From contig JAYWIR010000028.1 in NCBI GenBank assembly GCA_036172245.1, positions 558,001-622,000 of the forward strand: a DNA stretch of 64,000 bases, written 5' to 3'. Source of the DNA: Raillietiella orientalis (taxonomy: Eukaryota). Under the pieces are notes generated by a model, which saw nothing but the letters and a program-made list of their open reading frames with translations, had not been told where the DNA came from and made no database searches. Position numbers and translations under genes: made by a program. Positions 38,960-51,269 of the stretch are shown in pieces; within the stretch, counting starts at the first letter, position 1; the number at the start of each line of letters is the position of its first letter.

Positions 38960-39942
38960 TGACTCCGGAGATGCTTCTACAACAACCGCTTGCAGCAAGG
39001 CGTCATCGTGCAGCCCACTACGTATGCGCGAGTGCAAAGAACCTCCTTAGCCGCGGCACGGCCCTCCCTCAGGTAGCACCTGGGCAGTGACCAGGCGGCC
39101 AAATGGGAGGTCAGTTGCGAAATCAGCCAGAAGACGAGGGAATTAGGAGGTTGGACCACGGGTCAGATCACCGACACTGCGACTCCAAGTGCTCCACAGA
39201 AAGGATTATAACTCTAAAACGAGCTGCTGGGAATCCCGCAGTAAAACCGTGGTCTTACTGTGGCCCCCAGTGCTGAAGAACAACCATGTCTTCCCCCTGA
39301 AATGGCAGGAATCGGCGATTTTGCTGTTGCACTGGGGTCTATAGCGCATTGCCCGCCGCTCTCACGGGACCCGGGGAGTTGTGGACCCCAACCGTTGCAA
39401 GTGAGGAGAACGGGAATCCCTCCCGCAGCTGCTTGTGGACTGTGTTGCCTTCCGGGCCACTTGGTTGCGTTATGCAACGGCCCTTGTTGCATCGACAAAC
39501 AATCCCAAGGACGCCTCTTCGTGCTCGATGCCCTTTAGCTTGCCGCATCCCTAGCAGCTCCTTGCTGCCTACATGGGATTGTGGAGGCCTGGAGATACGC
39601 GAGGGGAGGACTGCATGATAGGGACACCCTGTGCTTCGCCCTGCGCTTCCTGAGGACGGCAGAGAGGTGCTCCCCCTCTGACATACTCAGAAGGAACTTG
39701 CTGGCAATTTTGGAAAGGATGCAGAGGATGCCCTCCAGAGGACGGCAATCCCTTCCCCTGCCCCCCAGAGTTTTTCATTATTATTGATTTTTATTTTTGT
39801 TTGCCCCTCCTCCTCCGCTGCCGAGGCGTATCTCGTCGGTCTGCGTGCCGGTCACTCAGCAGGTTCCGAGCCTATTCGAACAATGTAGGGCCGATGGCTC
39901 TACACATGTATGTTTATTATTTTTATAATGAAAGCATCGGCG
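38960..39942 (+). mobile_element. L1/Tx1-type LINE 3' end (decayed zinc-binding C-terminus plus 3' UTR)
   Basis: Clear nucleotide homology to 53760-54726 (e.g. CAACCGC...CGTCATCGTGCAGCCCA...GCAAAGAACCTCC). Translates to VDPNRCK*GERESLPQLLVDC and WRYAR...HDRDTLCFAL. Confidence 0.85.
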
Positions 39943-40849
39943 TTACTGGGTATTAAACCCAAGAAAATAATGCCAACCCATCACAGGTTCATCCTCCCTT
40001 TCGCCGCCGATGGAGGGAGGCGAAAATGGGGGAAAGGGATGAGTGGCTCGCTCACTTCCTGTCCGTCTCCAGCTCCATCTCCCTCCTGGCAGCGCTAGCA
40101 CTTCCGCATTCCTCTGCTATCCCTTTGTGGATGCTCCGTCACGCCAGCTTCTGGCAATTGAACTTCGCTGCGAGCATCCCTCAGCCACTCTGGATTGGGC
40201 GGAATTCGCGTCTCCTTCGAAGATCCCGGGCAGCAGATCCATCCTGTCGTCTGCACTCCCACCCTCAGAAGAAGGGGAGAGGAAAGTTTGTGACTACCGA
40301 CCCCCTTTCTGAAGCAATTTGAGGTAGAAGAAGACCTTCCTGCCTGTGACCTCCCCCCCTTTCCTAACATCCTGATCCCCGGTCGCATTGCTGTGCCGAC
40401 CCTACGCTTCTCGCTTCGTCTCTAGCGGACTCCGTCCCAGGGGAGCCAGACGGCTTGGATTCGCCCCAACAGCCTGGGAGGGACTTGGAACTCCCACCTC
40501 AGGTCTCATCAAGGCTTTTGGTTCCATCCCTTTCGGAAAGGATAAAAGGGGATAAGGGGGAAGCGGTAGGACTAAGGGAAGTCCCCTTTCCAGAACCAAA
40601 TGCGAAGAAGTTTTACTCTTCACAAGGGTTCTTCACCGTCGGCTCTGATAGGCACAACTCCAGGAGAGGCGTTCGCTCTCGTGCCATCCTTAGAATGCCT
40701 TCTCGAAGATCCCTATGGTCTATTGCGAGAGGCCTCTGTGGCATCTGTGGAGGTTCCATCGGAGGGAACGAGGCAGTAGCCTCCGATATGATGTCAGTCA
40801 AGTCCTGCTCCCGAGGTGAGGTGAGGACGAACTGCTTGTTCCTGGAGCT

Positions 40850-41500
40850 CCAAGGCTGACTCCCTCTTCGACGCTGCCAGAGATGTCCATCTTCGGAGTG
40901 CGCTACGAGACGGCAAGGGTGGCATAGAGCAGCATCATAAATCAACTCCTCGGACTTCTTTCTAACGGCGTAGGATGCACCACGAAAACAGAGTGCTCCT
41001 TCCTCGGGGGGTCAGTCTTCTTTCTTTGTCTGAGCGTATGCGCGCGCACTTGGCCTCTCGAATGGCCCTAAGGTGGTCAGATTTTTATCGACTGGAGTGT
41101 GTCGTGTCGGACTGATCTCTCCCACGGAGATCAGTCCGACTCGTCTATGAAACTGCGTTGGAGACTCTGCCAAACCCTGGACATCCCCAGCATCAGCATC
41201 AACGTGCACGAAACTCCACAGGCGTCTCTGCAGGGAGGAGCATCTGGGTCGAAGGATCTGGTAGACCAGCAGGTTTGCTCACACGCTGGTCCCCTAACAA
41301 ATACTGCATCCATTGCAGATGTTTGTTTCAGCAGGAGACGGTCACGAGACGCCTCATCCCGTAGCAGCAAAGTTCCTGAAGGATGTTTCGGGAGCCTTGC
41401 TGGAAGAGATTCGTTTCCACCTCGGTCATCACAGACGATCCCGTTCCAGGGGTCTAACCGGAGCATCAGACCTTGAAGGTTGCTCCCCAATAGTGCAGCT
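40850..41500 (-). mobile_element. LINE ORF1 remnant
   Basis: LLRDEASRDRLL...RSFDPDAPP followed by a knuckle-like LCHPCRLVAHSED near 40925. Confidence 0.4.
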
Positions 41501-42399
41501 CTTATACGACGAAGGAGCTAATAGGCAGACCTCTCTCTTCCCACCCACCTGGAACGATCAGTTCATTTTCCCCGGTAGGATAATGCTGCATTCGTCGGAG
41601 TCTCTCTCTGTGGCTGTCTGAGCACCCAACATCGGAGCCTCTCAAGGAGAATTGCACGGAGAGATGCAGCCATTTAGACCCACCGAGCTTCGCTTAGCAG
41701 TTCTTGCAACCCGGAAGGTTCTGCAGAACTGTCGGGTTGGGACTGCAGGGATTGCACATGGCTGCAAGTAAGGCAGTCCGGACAGGTGAGAGCACGGCTA
41801 CCTCCTGCTGTGCCAGCGGAGCCGCGCCAAAATTTCCTGCGCCCCATGTTTACGTTGAATCCTTCCTGATACTCCTCAGCATTTTTTGAGCTTCTGAGTC
41901 TTTGTCTTTCCCTTCTGCTCCCAGGGACGTCTCCAGGGAAGAGGACTCGCTCCGACTTTTCAGTCGGTGTCCTGAAGGCGCGGAGCACCGATGCAAGCGG
42001 CTGGCAGGGACCACCGGCCTTTACTTCTGAAGGAAGAAAAAGCCGGCGGACCCATGAAGCCACGGAACCGTAAGTTTATTTGATGCACACTGCACAGACC
42101 GTACAAGGACCGTGCACAAAAAGTGCCTAAGCAGGTGGTCGCGGGAGGCAGCACAAGTTGCGTTTCCAGGTGTCGGAAGCTGCAGCAGGATGAATGTTCT
42201 TGGCGAGAGAACGTTTTTTTTTTTTTTTTTTTTAATCTTAGACGCCCCTGCCTCTGAGGGAATTGTCACCAACGGGAGAACTCTGAAATCTCTGCGGAGT
42301 TTGCATTTCTCCTTGAGGTTTCGTGCGCGCCCAAAACTCCTCCGGATAGATTTCTGCAGGTCGAGGAAAAATGAGATGCAGGGTGACAGCAGGGTGGGA

Positions 42400-43630
42400 T
42401 TTTTTCCAGTATTCCTGAAGTCATAGAACACTGTTCACCACCTTGTATGTGCGCGTGTTTTCCCTTCCTGTGGCTTTTGGCCGTCACCAGAGAACTTGGA
42501 AATCGACAGCATCGGTCCATCCATGGTGGAACGATAAGGCGCTCTGTTTCACCATCCGACTGCATCATAAGCTCATGCATGAGGCGCCGAGTCAACGAAA
42601 CAACTTGATGGGAAGGAAGTTTTCCCACCTGATCCTTCTGATTTTTCGTCTGGCATGAGGGGAAGATGAGTTTTTTGTCACCCGCGTGCGATGGGTTATC
42701 GAAACTATGCACCGGGTCAAGATATCTGCTTATCGAAGTCTTACTGCCGTCAGAGGCGAAACGTCCTGTAACCTCTCCCACCTTCGATGGGAGACGCGCA
42801 ATAGGTTCCTACTAGCTGGCCATTTCACTCATACAAAAATCTCCGGTCCACTTTGAACGATATCGAAGAAATGAGCGGACAGGATCGTGTCAGTGGATCC
42901 TAACTCTTTCAGATCCTCCCCTCCAGATAGCCAGGGACTTGTGAGATCATTTAGGTACGTTTTTCGATTGGGACGAAACTTTCCCTAATGCCTCTTTCCC
43001 CAGCAATGATGCTTTCTTTGCCATGATGACTAGGAAATAGGCGAAGAGGAGACTGTGCTTTCCTCCTCCGACATCCCATCTCATTCTAATAAATGATGAT
43101 GAGGTCGCCCGTCGATGCCATACTCTCCAGTTCGAAGGGAAACCAATTCATATAGGGAGTTTTCGTTCGAGTTCCGGAGCATTGGATGCGTCTTTCCCTT
43201 GAAACTGCTAAAATCCAAAATTTGAATTGCGAAATGGGTACGGGTCTTAGACTGCGAGAATGCAAGCATCTCAAGCATCTCCAGAAGCAGCGCCTCCCAA
43301 ACCGCGCAATCTCTGACTGGAATCGGCTGTCCAAGAACACTTTTCCGTATCACGAGAGGTAAGGAATACGCTCACGAAAATTCGCAATCTGCCATCTGTT
43401 GGGATGGAATCGAATTAAGAGCAAACTAAGAAATGGGAGAACTGAACTTTCAAACGATGAGTACAATCGAGCAGCGTAGCGATGAACGCCTATTTTGTTA
43501 GATGCCATTTGCTTTTCTTGGGTCAAATTAGGTAAGAAAAGAGACATATGAGCAAGTCTTTAAGATGATTCGAAGACAGGGGATTCTTCCAAACCGCTGC
43601 GTCTTGATGTGAGATGAGTCTGAGCAATTG
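42400..43630 (-). pseudogene. rep: Degenerate gemini-like Rep: HUH, HUH and SF3 helicase
   Basis: HUH1: HLTS...NHL, QEKQ...GVHRYA near 43490, RFHPN 43412-43398 and PYLS*YG. HUH2: EYGIDGRPHHHLL 43125-43087 (compare ELHEDGTPHLHVL), FRPN/IEK 42978 and GYLE 42932. Helicase: EGSGGKTSF 42638-42612, in frame with NRAPY...MDGP...KFSG..Q, then GKHAHIQGG 42463-42437 (compare GKPVQIKGG). Confidence 0.7.
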
Positions 43631-43729
43631 AGCATGCGAACAAATCCGCACATAGTCTTCTATCCCATTTTCATTTCCCCTTTTCGGGATGGTGACCTCA
43701 TAGCAAGAGCAAGCCTTCCATTCTAAAAG

Positions 43730-44340
43730 GTTTTCCGAGAGACAAAGGGGAAAGCAAAAGGATCAGCAGCTCAGGAAGTGCCAAGGGGGTGTCAAAGAAG
43801 AGTACAGTGCATAGAATACCAAGAGAGGTGACGAACCCTCGTCAGGTGAAAGCACTACGAGACGCATCGCTTCCTCACCCCTTTGTTTCTTACCAAGAAA
43901 GCCTTTTCAGACAGAGATCTAGAATCCTGGAAATGCGCAACACTGATACTGAATCTTCTGAAGACATTCCCATTTTTCAATCCAAGTCGTCATCACGCAT
44001 TCTTTCTTGACCTTCTTTTCTTCTAACTAGTTACGTCTTCAGCATCCTCGATCGATTTCAACTTGCGCCGCCGATGCGCGCAGATCCATTTAAAATTTGC
44101 TCCCATTTTGTGTGTGTCCACGAGGGAGTTGCGGAAACGAAGAGTGAAAATTGCGAGCCACGCCTCGCACCCCAGTTTCGATTTCACCGGACCTACAGCC
44201 GATACTCCTTGGCACCGGGGTCCAGTCTGTTAGTTCGGGACTGCAACTCCATTCTTGGAATTACAGCGTTTCTCGAAAGATCTGTGAGTGCACCCTGGAT
44301 TCTGAGAAGTTGGGGTCGATGACTAAAGATCCACCTCGAC
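43730..44340 (+). pseudogene. Degenerate Rep: two tandem HUH domains, no helicase seen
   Basis: HUH1: RDASLPHPFVSY near 43861 and IPIFQSKSSS 43966-43995 (compare HPNIQGAKSSS). HUH2: FLLTSY near 44017, FVCVHE...ENCEPRL 44146-44166 (compare ENGEPHL) and MTKD near 44319. Confidence 0.5.
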
Positions 44341-44439
44341 CAATTTGTTACTTCCAGATTGCGTTAACGACCATGGCTCCGTCCGGTTTCGAAAGATCGT
44401 AAAGAAGAGACAAACAGCTTGCAGTTCGACTCCTGAATC

Positions 44440-47250
44440 CTTCTGATTCTGCATCATTCAGAATTCAGTAAAATCGCCACTGCTGTAAATCAGGCGGCGG
44501 CCTCACCCGTTGGGTTTCCCGGGTTTTCAGCAGCGCCATTTTTTTCCTTCACCATCTGGACCTCCGGATCGTTCCGGACCAGAAAGTGTTTACCCCGGTG
44601 GTCCACGATTTGTTTCCACTGAGCAAAGAGATCACCTCTCTGAGACCGCAGCAGCAGCAGCACAGCAGCCGTCTCGAAAGCCGCGTTCGACGTGAGTTTG
44701 GAGGGCCTCGAAGAAGCACCCGGGATGTGCCAGTTTGCTCCTCTGCTCTGTCAGGGACCCCAGCACGCCAACTTAGGAGCACCAACTCTCGAGACCTAAA
44801 CGAGAAGCACGGGAGGGTTTCTCGCTTCGAGGGGGTCTGGACGGCCTCAAGAGCAGTCATGCACTCCTCTTGCATCCCCGTGGCAGCGTTCTTCGTACGT
44901 GCGTGAGGCAGCGACCGCCGAAGACGGCAGCACTTTTCGTGTCATGCGTCTGAAAAACATCTCCAGAAGAGACTTTATAAGTAGGGGAATGCCCTTTCCC
45001 CTTCAGCACTCACCCTCCTCAGCAGGCACTCCCGTGTGCCGGCGCCGTTCTGACGCGATCCTCTTACTTATTTGGTGGACTGAAGGAATCGTGCGAGTGT
45101 TTTCTTTTATTATTTCCGAGCGGACGGAGGAAACGTGTGAATTTCGAGATCGCCTGCTTTAGGCCGGAAGTGCGCACGCCAGAGAGGCCAGTCTGAATTA
45201 TTCTCCGAGAACCCGCGCCCCGGGGTCTCTACCAGCTTTTTAGAGGGAAAGGGCAACGGTCACAGCAACCAACAGCAAAAAAAAAAATCCCACCGACCGG
45301 TGAGCGTTTTTCGCCTTCCTCGACGGTAGGCCACTCTGCTCGTTGCGGGTTTTCCCGCGCAGGTTATGGTGTCCTTCGCAAATCCTTCCTCAGTCCCCGA
45401 AGAAGCGCGGCGGTGGAGAGAGAGAGAGGAAGGGAAAACGGAAAACGAGGAGGAGGAAGGGGGGGGGGGCAAGCGCGGACACTGGCCTGCTCGCGTTTTC
45501 CTTGCTCTCAAGGCTCTGGATTATCTAGCGCGCCTCGCATCTTTGCTGCCTGGAATCCGGAAACTCTTTCGGGCCGATTCGGCGGCCCACTTCCTTCTCT
45601 TCAAGGAAGAAAGGAAGTGGATGGCTGGGAAGTTTCACGCCGCCGCTCGTTAATTTGGAATCCCGGAGTTCTTTTTTCCTTTTACGACGCTTTGAACTGG
45701 ATGGTGGTTCGATTTGCCATTTCCTTTCATTCCCGAGGCCTGCCGCTTACGGAGCGCCTCAGGAGAGCTCGCCGCAGAGCCAGGCTCTCGCCCGGCGTCC
45801 TCTGGAGATCCTTCCGCTGGTTTCTGGGGCATGCACCATGCTTGAAAGAGCTCCGAAAGAACTCTCCGAAACGTGGAAAACTGACTCTTCAGAGTTCCCT
45901 GTGTGCGTCTGCTTTCTTCGTGCCGAACAGCACTGCTTTCATCCTTTCGCAGCACCCCTGCCGACCCCTCCCCTCTGAAGTAAACGCTAACTCCCTTCTC
46001 TCGGGTTCCTCGAGTGCTCGCTCGGACGCTGGACCCCGGATGGTCGTGTCCTGGGGTTCTGGGTCAAAGTCCTGGATTTTCTGGAGCGAGTCCCGGCCTT
46101 GCTGAGTCCAGCCAGTCGATCGATTTTCCTCTACTTTCTCTGACTGGCCTCGTTCCCCAGGTTACGCCCGTAGGGAGCCCTTCTTCGAATTCTGTTGCCC
46201 GGCTCCCGGGATCTCTTCGAGACGGCCACTGGTGGTGGAGCAGCTAGAAATGCCCCGGCTGACCATCCTCTTTGATGATCGCATTTCCTCCTTGGAGCGC
46301 TACCATGATGGGGAAGCGAACGGGATGAATCTCTCTACGATGGGATCTCTCCCCCTCTCCTTCGCTTCGGAATCGGCACGTTGATTCCTTTCCTCCGTCT
46401 CTGCTTCGGAACGTACCAAGGAAACCAGCGGCGTTGAAGGCATTGCAGTCCGGGTGCGTTCTGCCACTTCCTCCGCTGCTCTGGCATTTGCCTCGAGTTT
46501 CCGGCTGTTGCCAGGGCAGCAGCGCCTCCATGGGAAGCGCCCGCCGTGAGACTTCCTGTTCCTCTTGAGTCTCGCGGAGCTCTGAGAAGAAGGGTGGCCA
46601 AAGAAGCAAACGGGAGGGGGCGTGAGGGTGACGGGTGTCGTTGCTCTGCCAATTGGTGCCTTGCTCTCGTTTTCGTGTGTGTAGGACTGTCTCCGCCGCC
46701 AGCGGTGCTGGCGGCGACGGTGCGTTCACCCGGTGCCTCCGTGCGCTACTCCCGGCTTCGCCTTTACGCAGTTCGCCGCCTCTCCGTGGGCTCCCGCAGA
46801 GCTCAGATTCGCCCCAGACGTTTTCCCTACCGACCCCAGCGGGTCAAGCGCTAGGAGGAAGTGAAATTTCCTCTTGGCTGTGCTGATACAAGGAGGAAGG
46901 CTTCGGTTGGGAATTTGTGGTCGTCCCCGGTCGTCGTAACAGCAGAAAGGTTATTCCTTGTGGGAGCCGTCTTTGAGCATCGGAGGCGATCATGGAGGTA
47001 GCCCCTCTCCTCCTCCCCATCTGACTTTGGTGGTTAACTGCGGGTGGAGCTGTAAGCACAAAGAGGGGTGCGCCTCTTAGCCTGAGTCGGCTCACGTGGC
47101 GGACCCTGCCATTCGGAGCCATTCCGACTCGCAAACTCGAGCTGGCCCGCGAATGGCGAGCGTGTTCGGGGGGTGGGGTGGTGCGGGCTTCGCGCTTCCA
47201 GGGTGGAGCTCTCACTTCGAAGCCACCGTCCCTCATCCCTGAATCCACGA
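44440..47250 (-). mobile_element. Highly decayed LINE (ORF1 at 47250-46430, traces of ORF2 RT N-terminus at about 45000-44440)
   Basis: FEVRAPPW...LRLRGAPL, a decayed knuckle KCQSSGGSGRTHPDC near 46490, and LREVISLLSGNKS...DLQQWRFY*ILN (compare K.PGPDG...WRPISLLN). Confidence 0.4.
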
Positions 47251-48199
47251 TTCTTGCTTGCCCCGAGAGGCGCGCCTCTCTTCTCGTTTTCCCCTTGGAG
47301 TCCTGGAAGTGCTCCCGCGAGGCGAGTTGTGCACGCCCTACCTCTCTCGTCCGATTCCGAATCGGTGGAAGAAAAGAAGGAGAGATCGAGCAGGAGGAGA
47401 GCAGAGGAGAAAGAAGCAAAAGGAGAGGAGAAGCTGTTTATCCTCGCTTCGAGGGGCCGGAGAGGGAACTTTATTTGATCGATACTATCGATCACCTCGT
47501 CGTTCTCTGTGCCCTCCGTGAGCCAAGTGCTGGGCATCCTTCGCCAAACATCCCTTGCATCCAAGAATTCCTCAAAGCAAAGAAGAAAAAAAAGGAGAAA
47601 GAATGAAAATGACGAGCCTTTTAAAATTGAAAACAAAACAAAACAAAAAAAAACAAGAAATTAAAAATGCAGGAGATGGAAATAAACGTGCGCACACACC
47701 TGCACGGGAGTCCGTGTTTCCCTTAAAAAGCTCCACAGTGTGTTTCAGCAGAAAGCCAGTTCCGCGTGTTATCCGGTGCTCGCATCAGGTGTCGCCTCAC
47801 TACCCCTCCGGATAGTCAACTTCTGCTTCTTGGGAAATGGTGGGAGATAGGGGGAGAGGTTGCTTTCCCGCCGAGACGCAGGGGACTCCCAGGTTCGAGC
47901 ATGCGAGGAGCTGAAGGTGGTAAAGAGAACCTTCGGCCATCACTTCCTTCATCTGGACCATGCGCCTCCCCTGCTACCGCCGGGTGGCACAAGCCTGTTG
48001 TGATGGCGATGGCACCAGAGATTCCACAGGGCGACGCTCCTCCTTCCTACCGTAATGCCAGCTTTCCTCGGAGTTCCTGAAGTTTCTTGTGAACGCAGTC
48101 GCTTCACATCTGGAAGGAAAGGGGAAAGCAAAGAGATCTGCGAGCTACCCGGTAGTCCTCTGGCTTGCGACAGGCTGTCTGGATCATTGGTCTGTTGAT

Positions 48200-49700
48200 G
48201 CTTCTTGAAGGAGAGTGGGATTTCTGTCCCCCCCCCATAGGAAAGTGAGAGTTCGCGTTTCCAGGAGGAGGATCTGGAAGAGGAAGCCAATTCGCCCGTT
48301 CCCTACCAAGAATTCACCCAGGATACAACACCTGCTCTCCCAAAGCCGGGATTCCCGCTTCTCAGAACACCCAGATGGTTCCCACTTGCGCTGATAGAGT
48401 GGTTCAAGGAAACGTCGAAAGACAGAGATAGTCATCGGTGGATGCTAGCTTTCTGAAGAATCATCAGAAGAATGTTGTGGGATCCTCCCGCTGATCTCTA
48501 TGCGGTCCTCAAAAAGCTGGCGAACGAATGCTTCTGCAGAACGAGATGGACGCATGCAGGAGCTCACGTGCAGCGCCAGAAAAGTACGATGGAATCCACC
48601 TGCAAAGCCGGCAAATAGTGGGTGTCGGAATCCCGCAGCCTTCTCCCTACTCTCAACCTACCACCGCGAGCACGCGCACGATTTCCAGGAAAGAGCAGCG
48701 GCCGATTCAGTGAACTCCACCACTTCCTGGCTCTTCCTCTAAGTCGATTCTTTGGCAAAGAGAGCATCAAGGCATTCGAAAAGCGAGAATGCTGCCGAAA
48801 GCACCCAGGATGTTCGCCACTTTCAGGGAAGAACTGCGACCAACGTCCAAGGGACGCGGCAGCAAAACTCCTGGCCTCTCATCGGATTGCTTGCCGGGAC
48901 GTCTCCTTCGACTCTCTTCCGCTTAACTCCTCGCCTCCAAGTCTATGAACGCAAATCATCAGGAGGCGCCAGATCTTGGTAACGAGAGCTCAGGTAACGA
49001 GAAGCTGGTAACGAGAGCTCAGGAAACAGAGACCACGGTAACAAGAGAAACCCAACCCATTTCCAGCACAGAGAACACTTTCAGGACCCATGTGTTCCTT
49101 TTCATCACGGATTTTGAAGCTGCTCCCGTTCTTGGCCCAGAAACGCGTTCCCTTGCCTTTCCCGCTTCGCAGATGGCTTCAAACGTCCTTCTGCACTGAA
49201 AACATGGCGAAAGAAGATTTTGAAAGCGAGATGACTCGTGGCTCATACAGCTCTCCTCTCAAATTGCGAGAGGGATGCTGTGGGCGTTTGATAGTGTTGT
49301 TTCATCTAGAATTACTCCGTACCTTATTGCAGCACTGTCGCGGAAGATTTCACGTGTGCATCGCTCCCTCGGGAGTCACGACCCATGCGAGATGAGGCTA
49401 CTGAGGCCCCAAGAGTCATTTTCGATGGCAGTTTACGAAACATAGGATGCACATTCTGGAAGATGGGGCCATACTTTCCTGGGTGAGTGACGATGCAGGG
49501 CTCAGGATTCGAGCATGTGGTAGCCATCAAGTTTCAGAATCTTGACCCGTTTGCAGTTACACTGCCAAAAGAAGAGATCCAGCCACCGAGCGGTGCGAGG
49601 GCAGTCCGAACCTGCTCGGGTGGGGCCAGCTCCTCGGGTAGACGGAGCCGGCGAGTGGAGAGACAAATTTCTGAACCGAACTTGATGGGCGTTTAGTCTG
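48200..49700 (-). mobile_element. Highly decayed LINE (ORF1 plus ORF2 linker traces)
   Basis: KVWPHLP...PCFQCRR (knuckle) near 49200, then WWSSLNRPLL, RARGGRLR...DTHY and FLEPLY, resembling the post-endonuclease region of ORF2. Confidence 0.35.
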
Positions 49701-50399
49701 AGTAGGTCTTGCAGGAGGTTTCGGTAAGAAGGATAGCTTCGACCGCTGGTGTGTCGATCCTGGATGCAGCCCCAGCTTGGCTTTCTCGAAGAAGAGGGTA
49801 TTCAGGATGCGGAACGGGGGCCGCGATGTTAGCTGAGACAAGCTCCATATTTCGCATCTTGAGCAAAAGGATGTTGTCGGTGGATTCTCGACTTCAGAAT
49901 GACTCTTCGTGCTCGAAATACTTGAGAAGACACCAGAAACCCTCCTTCTTGAGCACACAAGTCCTGAAACTCTTCAAAAAAAAAAAACACATCTCGTAGC
50001 ATTTCGTGGCCCCGCGTTTGAAGTACGCACGTATCTCTCCTTGCCTTATTCATCTTAAAGCTTACCAAGAGGCGTGAGGATGCCACTCTTGTCGTCCTTT
50101 CGGATCGGATCAAACGCTCTTCATGCGGGAACATTTCAATGAGGAGGGCGGCACTGTAAAGAGGAATCGTTCTGCTGCACGCAGACTCAGTAGAAGTTCG
50201 AACACGATCCCTCTCGTAATCCAGTACTTGGTTCATCATCAAAGAGGAGCCAGTACTCTCGTCCAAAGGGAAAGCAAAAGAAGAACTGCATCCGGTAGAA
50301 CAAGTGATTAGGGAAATCCTGGATTCGAAACCGTGGGTAGAACCTCAACCTATTCTTAAACCTCCATGTCTAAGGCAGTAAAAAACTTTTAAGCGCGTG

Positions 50400-51195
50400 G
50401 ACAACTCGGCAGCTAGCGGACGCTGCTGCCCCGAGTGTCCCATTGAAAGGACTCGTACGCTGGGGCGAGCTACTCGCGGGACCTTCTCCGGAGGAGGTGA
50501 AGTAGCCCCCAGCGTGTTGAGACAGTGGCACCCTCACCCTCAAGTGGCAAGAGGTGGCATTGCTGTTGTTGCATTGGGGAATCCCATGCAGAGCACGCCT
50601 CTCTCACTGGATGCTTGGGAGCGTCGATGTCCATTGTGCAAAGTGGGTCGAGAAGGAGGAAACCTTCCCGCACTTATAGGTAGGCTGCTCTGCCCTTCAA
50701 CCCCTTTGAGACCGTCTTTCGACGATCCTAGGAACTCCGAAGGGCGAACTCAGGGACATTTTCCGACTCCTGCTCATGCGTACCTCTCTGCCCCCAGCCG
50801 CGTCCGTAGCAGTTCTCTGCTGTTCCGCGGGATCGTGGCGGTCTGGAACGCGACAAGAAGAGGTCAAGATGGTAGGGATGCCATCCACTGGGCGCGGATT
50901 TTTTGGAAGACCCCCTTCAAGATTTTCCAACTCTGGAAATTCAAAAATAGCACTTGCCAGCATCCTGGACAGGATGCAGAGGGCGTCTTCAGGCGAACGG
51001 TGATCCCTTACCTGCCCTCCTCTCCCCAGGAAACTTCCCTCCCCCCCTTTTTTCTCTCTCTTTTTTCTTTTTGTGGTTTTCTCTCTCCCCCTTCGCCGCC
51101 GGAGCAGACCTCACCGATGTGCGTATCGGTGTTCTACCACGATTTTGCTAATGTTACGACTTACATTATCATTTTTTATAATAAATGCTCCGGCA
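50400..51195 (+). mobile_element. L1/Tx1-type LINE 3' end
   Basis: LKWQEVALLLLHWGIPCRARLSHW...VHCAKW.EKEETFPHL*VGC (zf-RVT-like) and GIVAVWNATR...DAI. Homologous to 54050-54720. Confidence 0.8.
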
Positions 51196-51269
51196 GATCC
51201 TGATAAAGAACCTGCGCGCCGGGCAGCCCCCCCTTTAAAATTCTCTTTTCTTAGTCTGGGAACGTGGTC

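Noticed and set aside
43087..43130. Microviridae VP4-type motif GEYG...RPHxH
   Set aside because: The spacing is one residue short, and the surrounding FxPN, YLE and SF3 motifs indicate a gemini-like Rep.
48975..49050. Short repeats GGTAACGAGAGCTCA as a possible CRISPR or iteron array
   Set aside because: An irregular tandem minisatellite of about 15 bp with no spacers.
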